DNA of 64,000 bases from Coriobacteriales bacterium (GTDB lineage: Bacteria > Actinomycetota > Coriobacteriia > Coriobacteriales > UBA8131). Numbering within the stretch: position 1 is the first letter of the stretch; every line of letters begins with the position of its first letter. The notes under the pieces are model-generated. The model saw nothing but the letters and a program-made list of their open reading frames with translations. It was not told the DNA's origin and did not search any database. Shown here in pieces: positions 56,809-64,000 of this stretch. Both the position numbers and the translations under genes were made by a program. Location of the stretch: NCBI GenBank assembly GCA_031263105.1, contig JAISGJ010000173.1, positions 940 through 64,939 of the forward strand, read 5' to 3'.

Positions 56809-57975
56809 ATGACGGCCTATCTGGACAACGCCTCGACGACGAGACCGTATCCCGAAGTGATCGACGTCGTCCACACGGTGCTGCGGGATCATTTTGGGAA
56901 CCCTTCCTCGCTGCATCGCAAAGGGGTCGAGGCAAAAAGGATACTGGAGCTCAGCCGCACGACCATAGCCCGGGCCCTGGAGGTCGAACCCGAGGAGGTC
57001 TTCTTCACCTCGGGAGGCACGGAATCCAACAACCTGGCAATAGCCGGTGCCAGCCTGGCACGCAGGGACCGCCAAAACCGCATCATAACCACGGAGCTCG
57101 AACATCCCTCGGTGACCAAGCCCGTCCGCAACCTCAGGCGGGAGGGCTGGGACGTCGGATACCTGCATGCGGCGGGTGGCGCACTCGACTTGGAGCAGCT
57201 AACCGAGCTGCTGGATCCTGCCACGGCCCTTGTCTCCGTCATGGGCGTGCAGAACGAGCTGGGCTACCGCTTCCCGCTGGAGCAGGTCTCACGGATACGG
57301 ACGGAGCGTGCCCCGCAGGCCCTTCTGCATACCGACGCGGTGCAGCTGTTCTGCAAGCTCCCGCTGCTGCCTCACAGGGTCGGCATCGACCTCGCAAGCC
57401 TGAGCGCACACAAGATAGGCGGCCCCAAGGGCATCGGCGCCCTTTACGTGCGACGGGGGACCAGACTGTTCACCACGGCCTTTGGCGGAGGGCAGGAGAA
57501 AGGGCTGCGCTCGGGCACCGAGGCGCTCCCTTTGATAGCGGGCTTCGGCAAAGCCGTCGAGATCGCTTCGAGGGAACGGGAGAAGACCGCCTGTCTGGCC
57601 CTTGAGCTGAAGGCCTACCTCATAGGACGTCTGCGGGCGGGCTTCGAGCAGGTCATCGTCAACTCCCGTGAGGACGGCTCGCCCTATATCGTCAACTTCG
57701 CCCTTCCGGGCGTAGACAGCAGCAAGGCCCTCCTCCTTTTGAGCGACAAGGGCGTCTTCCTGTCGACGGCATCTGCCTGCGAGTCGAATCACGCCACGGT
57801 GCCACCGGGCACCTGGCGCAAGAAGCACCCTTTGGCCCTGCAGCTCGCGGGCATCCCCAAGCACATCGGCAAGAGCGTCTTTCGCGTCAGTTTCTTTGCT
57901 GGGAACACCCGGGCGGACATCGACCGCCTCATCGACGCATTGCAGCAGACAACACACGCTGTCACGACGACATGA
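56809..57975 (+). CDS. cysteine desulfurase (NifS/IscS, class V aminotransferase)
   Basis: YLDNASTTRP, GNPSSLH, the PLP-lysine SLSAHKIGGPKGIGALYV, and the active-site Cys in STASACES. The alternative upstream ATG is at 56785. Confidence 0.88.
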   Translation: MTAYLDNASTTRPYPEVIDVVHTVLRDHFGNPSSLHRKGVEAKRILELSRTTIARALEVEPEEVFFTSGGTESNNLAIAGASLARRDRQNRIITTELEHPSVTKPVRNLRREGWDVGYLHAAGGALDLEQLTELLDPATALVSVMGVQNELGYRFPLEQVSRIRTERAPQALLHTDAVQLFCKLPLLPHRVGIDLASLSAHKIGGPKGIGALYVRRGTRLFTTAFGGGQEKGLRSGTEALPLIAGFGKAVEIASREREKTACLALELKAYLIGRLRAGFEQVIVNSREDGSPYIVNFALPGVDSSKALLLLSDKGVFLSTASACESNHATVPPGTWRKKHPLALQLAGIPKHIGKSVFRVSFFAGNTRADIDRLIDALQQTTHAVTTT

Positions 57976-57981
57976 CGCGGA

Positions 57982-58023
57982 CACAGAAGTGGGCGGCGCA
58001 TCGGTGCGCCGCCCACTTCTGTG
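57982..58023. terminator. bidirectional terminator hairpin (19-bp perfect stem, TCGG loop)
   Basis: CACAGAAGTGGGCGGCGCA-TCGG-TGCGCCGCCCACTTCTGTG, between the convergent cysteine desulfurase and fdhF genes. Confidence 0.75.
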
Positions 58024-58047
58024 CCGCTCTATGTGAGAGTCGGGCGC

Positions 58048-60240
58048 TCAGGCCGTGACCAGATCGGCCTGTGGCACCGGGGCCTGCTCCTGGGGCTGCG
58101 CCTCTTGGTACAGACGGCCCCTGAGGTCCAGGTACAGCTCCTGCAGATGGCGCTCGGCCCAAAGCTGGTCCTCGATGCCCTCCACCTGACAGGCGCTGAA
58201 CTTGTCCTCGGGGGTACCCGAGAGCGGATCGGTCTGGTGCATGGTCAGGTCGTTGCACTTCCCTATCCACCACTGGTAGGTCATGTAGACGGTGCCCTTG
58301 TTGCAGCGGTCGGTGACGTCGGCACGGCTCATGACCTTGCCGCGCCGCGAGTACACCCACACGAGCTGCTCCTGCTCGATGCCGCGCGCCTCGGCGTCAT
58401 CGGGATGGATCGTCACATAGCCCGGCTCCTCCGCCAGCGAGCTCAAGGCCTTGCAGTTGCCGGTCATGGAGCGGCAGGAATAGTGCCCCACTTCCCGGAC
58501 GGTGCACAGCACCAGCGGGTAGCCATCGTCCGGCATCTCCGTCGGGGCGATGTGGTCGTGGGCGACCAGCAGCATCCTGCCGTCCGGCTTGTTGAACTTT
58601 CCTCCGAGGTAGAGGTTGGGAGAGCCGGGGTGGTCCTCGGTCGGGATCGGCCACTGTGCGTAGCCGGTGCCCTCCATGCGCTCATAGGTCGCACCCGCGA
58701 AGTTCGGGCACAGCGAGCGGATCTCGTCCCATATCTCCTTCGTGTCGTTGTAGTGCATGGGGTAGCCCATGCGGGTCGAGAGATCCGCGAATATCTCCCA
58801 GTCATGACGGCACTCTTCCTTAGGCGGCACGACGGCGGTGAAGCGCTGGAAGGTGCGGTCGGATGCCGTGAAGACGCCGTCGTGCTCCCCCCAGGACGTG
58901 CCGGGGAACACCACGTCGGCCAGCGCGGTGGTCTGGGTCATGAAGATGTCCTGGCTGATGAAGAACTCGAGGTTCTCCAAGGTCTCCTTCATGTCGCCGG
59001 AGTCGGGCTCGGTCTGCAACGGGTCCTCCCCGAAGTTGTAGAAGGCCTTTATCTTCCCCTCCTTCACCCCGTGCGGCAGGTCGGTGAGCTTGAAGCCGGG
59101 CTCCAGCAGCAGCTGCTCCTCCGGGACGCCCCACGCCTTGGCGAACTTCTCGCGCATGGCGGGGTCCTCCACCTTCTGATACCCGGGATACAGGCTCGGC
59201 CACATGCCCATGTCGCAGCTTCCCTGCACGTTGTTCTGGCCACGGACGGGGGCAAGGCCGCAGTTGGGACGCCCGATCTGGTTGGTGATCGTGGCCAAGG
59301 CCGCTATGGTATGGACGGTCTTGACGCCTTGTTTCTGCTGGGTGACCCCCATGCCCCAGCCGATGATGGCGTTCTCGGCCGTGGCATACATGCGAACGGC
59401 CTCGCGCGCAAGCGCAGGCTCGATTCCGGTGATCTCCTGCGTCGCCTCGGGCGTGTACTTCTTGATCGTCTCCCACCACTCGTCGAAGCCGTTAGAGTGC
59501 GCGTCGACAAAGACGCGGTCTATGAGGCCGTCGTTGACCGCGATGTTGCAGAACGTGTTCATCATGGCGAGGTTGCAGCCGTTTTTGATGGGGAGGTACA
59601 GATCGGCGATCCGGGCCGTCTCGATGACGCGGGGGTCGGCGACGATGATCTTGGCGCCCTTCTCCTTGGCCTTCACGATGCGACGGGAGACGATCGGGTG
59701 CGACGCAGAGGGATTGTAGCCGAAGAGGAAGACGCAGTCCGCGTTCTCCATCTGCGGGATGGAGAGGGTCATGGCGCCGCTGCCGACGGTGTCCATCAGG
59801 CCGATGACCGAAGGGCCGTGACAGGTGCGCGCGCAGTTGTCGATGTTGTTGTTGCCGATACATGCCCGCGTGAACTTCTGCATGACGTAGTTCGCCTCGT
59901 TGCCAGGTCCGCGCGACGAGCCGGTGAGCATGATGGAGCGGGGCCCATACGTCTTCTTGATGCGCACGAGGTTCTCGGCTGTGAAGTCAAGCGCCTCGTC
60001 CCACGAGACACGCTCGAGAGGGGCCCCTTTCTTGCGGCGTATCATAGGATGCAGGATGCGGGGCACGAGTATATTGGTGTCGTTGATAAAGTCGAATCCG
60101 TAATAGCCCTTGAGGCAGAGCTCGCCCTCGTTGGTTATGCCGTCGAGGGGCTCGACCCCCACGACCTTCCCGTTCTCCGCCAGCAAATTGAGTTTGCAGC
60201 CTGCCCCGCAATACGGACAGACTGCCCATGCCTTTTCCAT
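58048..60240 (-). CDS. fdhF: formate dehydrogenase H catalytic subunit (FdhF), cysteine-type
   Basis: Collinear with E. coli FdhF (VCPYCGAGCKLNL, LCLKGYYGFDFINDT, GSSRGPGNEANYVMQKF). The position of E. coli Sec140 is Cys (CARTCHGPSV, codon TGT at 59821-59823). Confidence 0.93.
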   Translation of the reverse strand: MEKAWAVCPYCGAGCKLNLLAENGKVVGVEPLDGITNEGELCLKGYYGFDFINDTNILVPRILHPMIRRKKGAPLERVSWDEALDFTAENLVRIKKTYGPRSIMLTGSSRGPGNEANYVMQKFTRACIGNNNIDNCARTCHGPSVIGLMDTVGSGAMTLSIPQMENADCVFLFGYNPSASHPIVSRRIVKAKEKGAKIIVADPRVIETARIADLYLPIKNGCNLAMMNTFCNIAVNDGLIDRVFVDAHSNGFDEWWETIKKYTPEATQEITGIEPALAREAVRMYATAENAIIGWGMGVTQQKQGVKTVHTIAALATITNQIGRPNCGLAPVRGQNNVQGSCDMGMWPSLYPGYQKVEDPAMREKFAKAWGVPEEQLLLEPGFKLTDLPHGVKEGKIKAFYNFGEDPLQTEPDSGDMKETLENLEFFISQDIFMTQTTALADVVFPGTSWGEHDGVFTASDRTFQRFTAVVPPKEECRHDWEIFADLSTRMGYPMHYNDTKEIWDEIRSLCPNFAGATYERMEGTGYAQWPIPTEDHPGSPNLYLGGKFNKPDGRMLLVAHDHIAPTEMPDDGYPLVLCTVREVGHYSCRSMTGNCKALSSLAEEPGYVTIHPDDAEARGIEQEQLVWVYSRRGKVMSRADVTDRCNKGTVYMTYQWWIGKCNDLTMHQTDPLSGTPEDKFSACQVEGIEDQLWAERHLQELYLDLRGRLYQEAQPQEQAPVPQADLVTA

Positions 60241-60320
60241 CGATGACCTCCTAGTTTAAAACCTACTCCTATTCGAGACCGAACTTCTGACGCTGTGCCA
60301 TGGTAGCCTCATGCCGAAAC

Positions 60321-60344
60321 GCCCCTGTCCCCTGATGCAGGGGC
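60321..60344. promoter_or_regulatory. 24-nt motif GCCCCTGTCCCCTGATGCAGGGGC shared with the hyf upstream region
   Basis: 21/24 identical to 56581-56604. Lies 81 bp upstream of the fdhF ATG. The ends GCCCCTG/CAGGGGC are self-complementary. Confidence 0.45.
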
Positions 60345-60670
60345 ACTTTTGGACAATTTCTATGGTTTCTTGAGAACCAAGCCCTTCCGCACACCTTGCC
60401 GATGTCCCCCCGATAGGGGTATACTGCCCCACAGGCTCTCACGGTTTCGCTGCATCAAAGCAAGGGGCATGGCGTGATTCCTGCAACTTCTCCCCCTTTG
60501 CCGGGCACAACCGCACAAAGCCGCACCTACTCCGACTATTCGAGAAAATACCCTGTTTCAGGGACAGCAGCAGCGTCATAAAAATGAGAGAATCCTCATC
60601 TGGGGATTGCGTGGCCCCATCCGAGGGCCGCGCAGCTGTCTAGTATCTCCTCTCTATTCCCAAAGCAGGG

Positions 60671-62221
60671 TTGGCATCGTCGATTGACACAGAAGTCCGT
60701 TGGCTCAAAGACTGGGAGAATGTGTTGAACAAAGAGATCAAGGACTCCCTGACACCGTACCTTGCCTTGCTTCCCTACGTGATAGGGATGTCGATCCCGC
60801 AATCGGCCGTCTCGTTGGTCGAGTACGAGGCCGTCGGAGGGCTTTCTTCGAACCTCGTGGGCGTCGCGACGTCCTTCGGCACAGCCTTGGTGATGCTGGC
60901 CCTCTTCGTTTGCACCGTGCGCCTGAAGCACTGGAAGAAGAACCTGGAGCAGAGGAGCGTCTACGGGGCGATCATCATCCTGGCCACTGCATCGCTTCTC
61001 CTCGACAAGGACATGGTCACAAACGTGCAGCTCACCCCCCTGCTCCGCTCGCTCTTCTTTTTCGTCTGCCTCACTGCGGCCTGCTGGTGCTCCTTTTGGT
61101 GGCTGCGCCAGCTGGCGCACACCTCACGTGTCGCAGCCGCCTTGTTCGCCTTCGGCTCGATCGTGCTCAGCGAGGCGCTGACCTTCGTCCTCCAGCTGCT
61201 CCCGCCGTCCACCCGTTGCTCGGTCTTCGCCCTCCTTGCCCTTTCGCAGGTCATCCTTATCATGTTCGTCAGAAACCAGGATGCCATATCGGATGTGCTG
61301 CCCTACGCGAGCGACGGGTTCTTTCATTTTGTGAAAGTGAACATATCGAACAGCTCGTTCCTCGTCACCATAGCAATCGGGGTCTATTGCGTCGCCGTCC
61401 CCTTGGGGATGTCGCATGCCTATTACGAGAACCTGGGGTTCCTGTTCATCGTGCCCTTCCATGTCGTCTTCCTCGCGCTGGTGACGGCCCTTTCGATAAC
61501 CTGGATCGTCCTGATCGGCCTGGGGAAGGAATCCGCCTACACCACCCTGTTCTGGATCGCGGCCCAGCTGATCCTTGCGCTGGGCATCGTGTCCTATGCC
61601 CTTTTCCCGGCAGAGCCGCAGGTCGGTGCCCTTCTCACGCGGCTGGTGACGACGTTCGTCTGGGCCTTTATCTGGTTCACGACCATCGCGTTCATCAACC
61701 ACGGCTGGCGCAACCCCTATTACTACGTGGTCTCGGGCTGGTTCGCCTTGGTGATCCCCCAGAACCTCGGCTACCTTATCGCCGACAGCGCACTTCAGGT
61801 CTCGGGCAGCCACCAGGTCATACTGGCGGTCATGAGCCTGCTTATCCTGGTCTCGTCGCAGGTGTTCTTCGTCCGACTGTTCAAGACGTCGAGCAGTCCC
61901 GACCCCGACCATCCCCCTGCGATGCAGGAGCAGAGGCCCCTGCAGAACTTCATGGGCCTGAACGACGAGGCGGACTTCCCCGTCGAGCACAGGAAGAACC
62001 TGATGGAGGTGAAGCTCGCAGCCCTGGGAAAGATGTTCGCACTGACCGAACGCGAGGTCGAGATACTCTCGTTGTTCGCACTCGGCTACACCCAGAAGAA
62101 GGTCGCGAACGAGCTCTGCCTTTCGACGGACACGGTCCACACCTACGTCAAGCGCATCTACAAGAAGACGGACTTCCACTCGCGCAACGACATCCTGGAC
62201 TTCATGCAGGAGCATCTGTAG
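60671..62221 (+). CDS. membrane-anchored LuxR-family transcriptional regulator (about 10 TM helices + C-terminal HTH)
   Basis: The C-terminus LTEREVEILSLFALGYTQKKVANELCLSTDTVHTYVKRIYKK is a LuxR/GerE HTH. The N-terminal 400 aa are polytopic. The start codon is uncertain (the track uses TTG 60671). Confidence 0.8.
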   Translation: MASSIDTEVRWLKDWENVLNKEIKDSLTPYLALLPYVIGMSIPQSAVSLVEYEAVGGLSSNLVGVATSFGTALVMLALFVCTVRLKHWKKNLEQRSVYGAIIILATASLLLDKDMVTNVQLTPLLRSLFFFVCLTAACWCSFWWLRQLAHTSRVAAALFAFGSIVLSEALTFVLQLLPPSTRCSVFALLALSQVILIMFVRNQDAISDVLPYASDGFFHFVKVNISNSSFLVTIAIGVYCVAVPLGMSHAYYENLGFLFIVPFHVVFLALVTALSITWIVLIGLGKESAYTTLFWIAAQLILALGIVSYALFPAEPQVGALLTRLVTTFVWAFIWFTTIAFINHGWRNPYYYVVSGWFALVIPQNLGYLIADSALQVSGSHQVILAVMSLLILVSSQVFFVRLFKTSSSPDPDHPPAMQEQRPLQNFMGLNDEADFPVEHRKNLMEVKLAALGKMFALTEREVEILSLFALGYTQKKVANELCLSTDTVHTYVKRIYKKTDFHSRNDILDFMQEHL

Positions 62222-62280
62222 GCGCTTCCGTGTACTGGGGACGCGCCCCGCGCCGCCCTTGCAGGAAGGCGCGGCCTTCC

Positions 62281-63231
62281 CTATCCGTCCTCCTGGGGGC
62301 TGCGCAGCAGCAGCCGCATGGAGGGGCCGCACAGCACCAGCGCGGTGGCGAGGTTGTACAGCAGCATCGCAACGAGCAGGCCCTGTGGAGGAAGGCCCTC
62401 CAGGCCCAATGCCGCAGCCGCCTGCCCGAGCGAGCCTGCGAAGGCCCATACATCGACGTTGAAGGCTGCGGCCTGCTCGCCGAGACGACCCTTCAGGGCC
62501 TGACGGTCGAGCGTCGTCCCTGGGACGGCATTGATGACGATCAGCTGCTCGGTGTGCCCTCCGCCGAGCGTCACCGAGCTCCCGTGCTCCCCTATCAGGG
62601 AAAGCCGCTGCACGGGGGTGCCCAGCAGGACGCTTCCGCTCACGCTCAGGGCGTCTGCCCGCTTCGAGATGCGCAGGATGCCGGCCTCGCTGACGGGAAC
62701 CCCCATATCCTCGACCAGCGCGACGATACGGTCAAGGGCCGGCCCTGTGCCGACCAGCTCAAGGATGCGCCCCAGCTTGTCGTTGGCACCGCAGCCGGAC
62801 GCCTCGCCGTGCGCATGGTCGTCGGTATGGCCGCCTATGGGGACACCGGCCCTCTGCAGCCCCTTCAGGAAGTCCTCCAGCGGCAGGTCGCAGCCGTTCA
62901 GCACGAACGCGACCCAGAGCGCCAGCGTTCCCCCTGCGGCATCGGGACGGCGCCCCGACGCGTCGGTGGGGCCGAGGGGAGGCTGAGCGGCACCGCCTGC
63001 GGCGCTGCTCGCGGCATCATCGACGCTCCCGCTCGTGGCACCGCCTGCAATGCCGCGCCCGTCGATACAGGAGGCCACCACCGTTGCGGTCGTTGGGACG
63101 TAGGCGGAATCCAAGGTGTCTCGTATCGTCTGCGACAGGCTTCCCTCGCCCTCGCCGTCAGGAACGATGCCGCCTGTGGCAAAGGGGCCGAGGGGGCCGA
63201 GGTCGCTGACGACAGGTGCTTCCTGCTTCAT
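62281..63231 (-). CDS. hypothetical protein (no family recognised)
   Basis: ATG 63231 is preceded by GGAG 5 nt upstream. The codon usage looks coding. Conserved-looking SCIDGR and GGHTDDHAHGEASGCGANDK segments suggest a metal or active site but are not assignable. Confidence 0.55.
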   Translation of the reverse strand: MKQEAPVVSDLGPLGPFATGGIVPDGEGEGSLSQTIRDTLDSAYVPTTATVVASCIDGRGIAGGATSGSVDDAASSAAGGAAQPPLGPTDASGRRPDAAGGTLALWVAFVLNGCDLPLEDFLKGLQRAGVPIGGHTDDHAHGEASGCGANDKLGRILELVGTGPALDRIVALVEDMGVPVSEAGILRISKRADALSVSGSVLLGTPVQRLSLIGEHGSSVTLGGGHTEQLIVINAVPGTTLDRQALKGRLGEQAAAFNVDVWAFAGSLGQAAAALGLEGLPPQGLLVAMLLYNLATALVLCGPSMRLLLRSPQEDG

Positions 63232-63339
63232 GGGTGCTCCGTTCTGCTTCAGGGGATACCGGGAGACTCGGAGCATACTCGTATGGCACGCGACGCTGAC
63301 CCTGTTTGAGGGGATATCGCCCTTCCTTTTACAGGTGAT

Positions 63340-63430
63340 TCATGCCCGACCCGTCGGCCTGTCCGGGAATGTGCCGCATGCATGCCCGACCTATGCCGGA
63401 TGCCGCATGCATGCCCCGGCCTATGCCGGA
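63340..63430. repeat. 2-3 tandem ~30-bp repeats (TGCCGCATGCATGCCCSGMCCTATGCCGGA)
   Basis: Copies at 63372-63400 and 63401-63430, plus a degenerate copy at 63340-63368. They overlap the stop of the rhodanese-like gene. Confidence 0.7.
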
Positions 63431-64000
63431 TGCAGGCGCTCGAAGTCGATCAGGGCATAGTCGGCACGCCAGGTGGCGTAGGTGGCGGGGGCATCGGGGC
63501 CTGCGCCGGGAATCACCAGCTGCTCCTGGTAGGGGCCGGCATAGGTCCAAGCGGCACCGATGTTGTAGAGCCTGCCCTCGTCCCAGCCGAGATGGGCGAG
63601 CAGGGAGCGGGTCGAGGCCGCATAGCCGCCGGCACCGCACATCAGGAAGACGGCCTTGTCGGCAGGGAAGAGGTCGTCGAGCACCAGGCGCGACTCCTGG
63701 TAGTTGGGGACGGCCGCAGCGATGCTGCCGTCCTCGGCCCAGGTCAGGCTGTAGAGCGCGGGGCCTGCATAGGCACCCTCCACCGGCAGTTCGGACACCG
63801 TCGCCAGGTAGGGATAGGGGACGACCTTGAAGCCCGTGAGCGTGAAGCTGAGCTCGGAGTCGCCGCCGATGTCCTCGTAGCGCGCGGGGTCGAAGAGCAT
63901 GCGCACGTCACGGTAGGCGACGTCGGGGCGGCCGAGGTAGTCCTCGATGCTGTCCATGTTGACGGTGAGGTCGATGCCGAACTGGTCGTCAGGGTCGGGC
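63421..64000 (-). CDS. rhodanese-like domain protein (partial; ORF stays open to the window end)
   Basis: AVFLMCGAGGYAASTRSLLAHLGW...LYNIGAAW resembles a rhodanese active-site loop. There is no stop between 63957 and 64000 in this frame. Confidence 0.5.
   Translation of the reverse strand, partial: PDPDDQFGIDLTVNMDSIEDYLGRPDVAYRDVRMLFDPARYEDIGGDSELSFTLTGFKVVPYPYLATVSELPVEGAYAGPALYSLTWAEDGSIAAAVPNYQESRLVLDDLFPADKAVFLMCGAGGYAASTRSLLAHLGWDEGRLYNIGAAWTYAGPYQEQLVIPGAGPDAPATYATWRADYALIDFERLHPA

Noticed and set aside
59821-59823. Possible selenocysteine (UGA) and SECIS element in fdhF
   Set aside because: The codon aligned with E. coli Sec140 is TGT (Cys) and the ORF is uninterrupted. No recoding is needed.
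58021-60246. 741-aa + strand ORF
   Set aside because: It is antisense to fdhF, which aligns along its length with E. coli FdhF.
60295-60300. TGGCAC on the fdhF coding strand as a sigma-54 -24 element
   Set aside because: The required -12 TTGC is absent at the correct spacing (the sequence is TGGCACAGCGTCAGAA). No fhlA-type activator is present in the window.
60700-63309. 869-aa + strand ORF overlapping the LuxR gene in another frame
   Set aside because: It has an Arg/Pro/Gly-rich translation and no motifs. The 60671 frame yields TM helices plus a LuxR HTH, and the minus strand holds a better ORF from 62281.

Overview
High-GC (about 65%) actinobacterial chromosome segment. The gene content and the membrane-anchored LuxR regulator suggest Coriobacteriia/Eggerthellaceae, but this is an inference, not a search result. 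Positions 1-9.0 kb (+ strand) hold the origin-proximal cluster yidD-yidC-jag-rsmG-parA-parB with a parS-like palindrome, then two small membrane proteins, rlmN (-), ddl and a TrxB-like flavoprotein. From 9.1 kb to the window end almost every gene is on the - strand: GNAT, hisG-hisZ and a stand-alone HD-GYP phosphodiesterase. Next comes a 14.76-kb gene for a 4,919-aa beta-helix-repeat surface protein, preceded by a membrane-spanning ECF sigma fusion. Upstream of those lie an orphan PKS-type acyltransferase, an Hpt protein, a REC-HD-GYP response regulator, a UPF0104 membrane protein and an acidic tail-anchored protein. The classical rimP-nusA-ylxR-infB-rbfA-nrnA-truB-ribF operon follows. After it is a complete Hyf-type (group 4a) formate hydrogenlyase locus: focA, hycI, hyfJIHGFECBA, an extra HycB-like ferredoxin, a divergent cysteine desulfurase and Cys-type fdhF. 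The window ends with a membrane LuxR regulator, a hypothetical protein and a partial rhodanese-like gene. No rRNA, tRNA, CRISPR array, transposase or phage genes were seen. Four things stand out. (1) A mosaic, hairpin-rich inverted-repeat element family has seven same-orientation copies in intergenic gaps. One copy carries a 4 x 60-bp internal amplification, one carries triplicated termini, and one has rewritten the 3' end of ribF. (2) The giant adhesin-like gene is coupled to a one-component transmembrane ECF sigma and bracketed by two HD-GYP enzymes. (3) A 24-nt motif is shared by the fdhF and hyf upstream regions. (4) There are two G17 homopolymer tracts. Most long + strand ORFs in the track between 10 and 63 kb are GC-driven shadow ORFs and were rejected.
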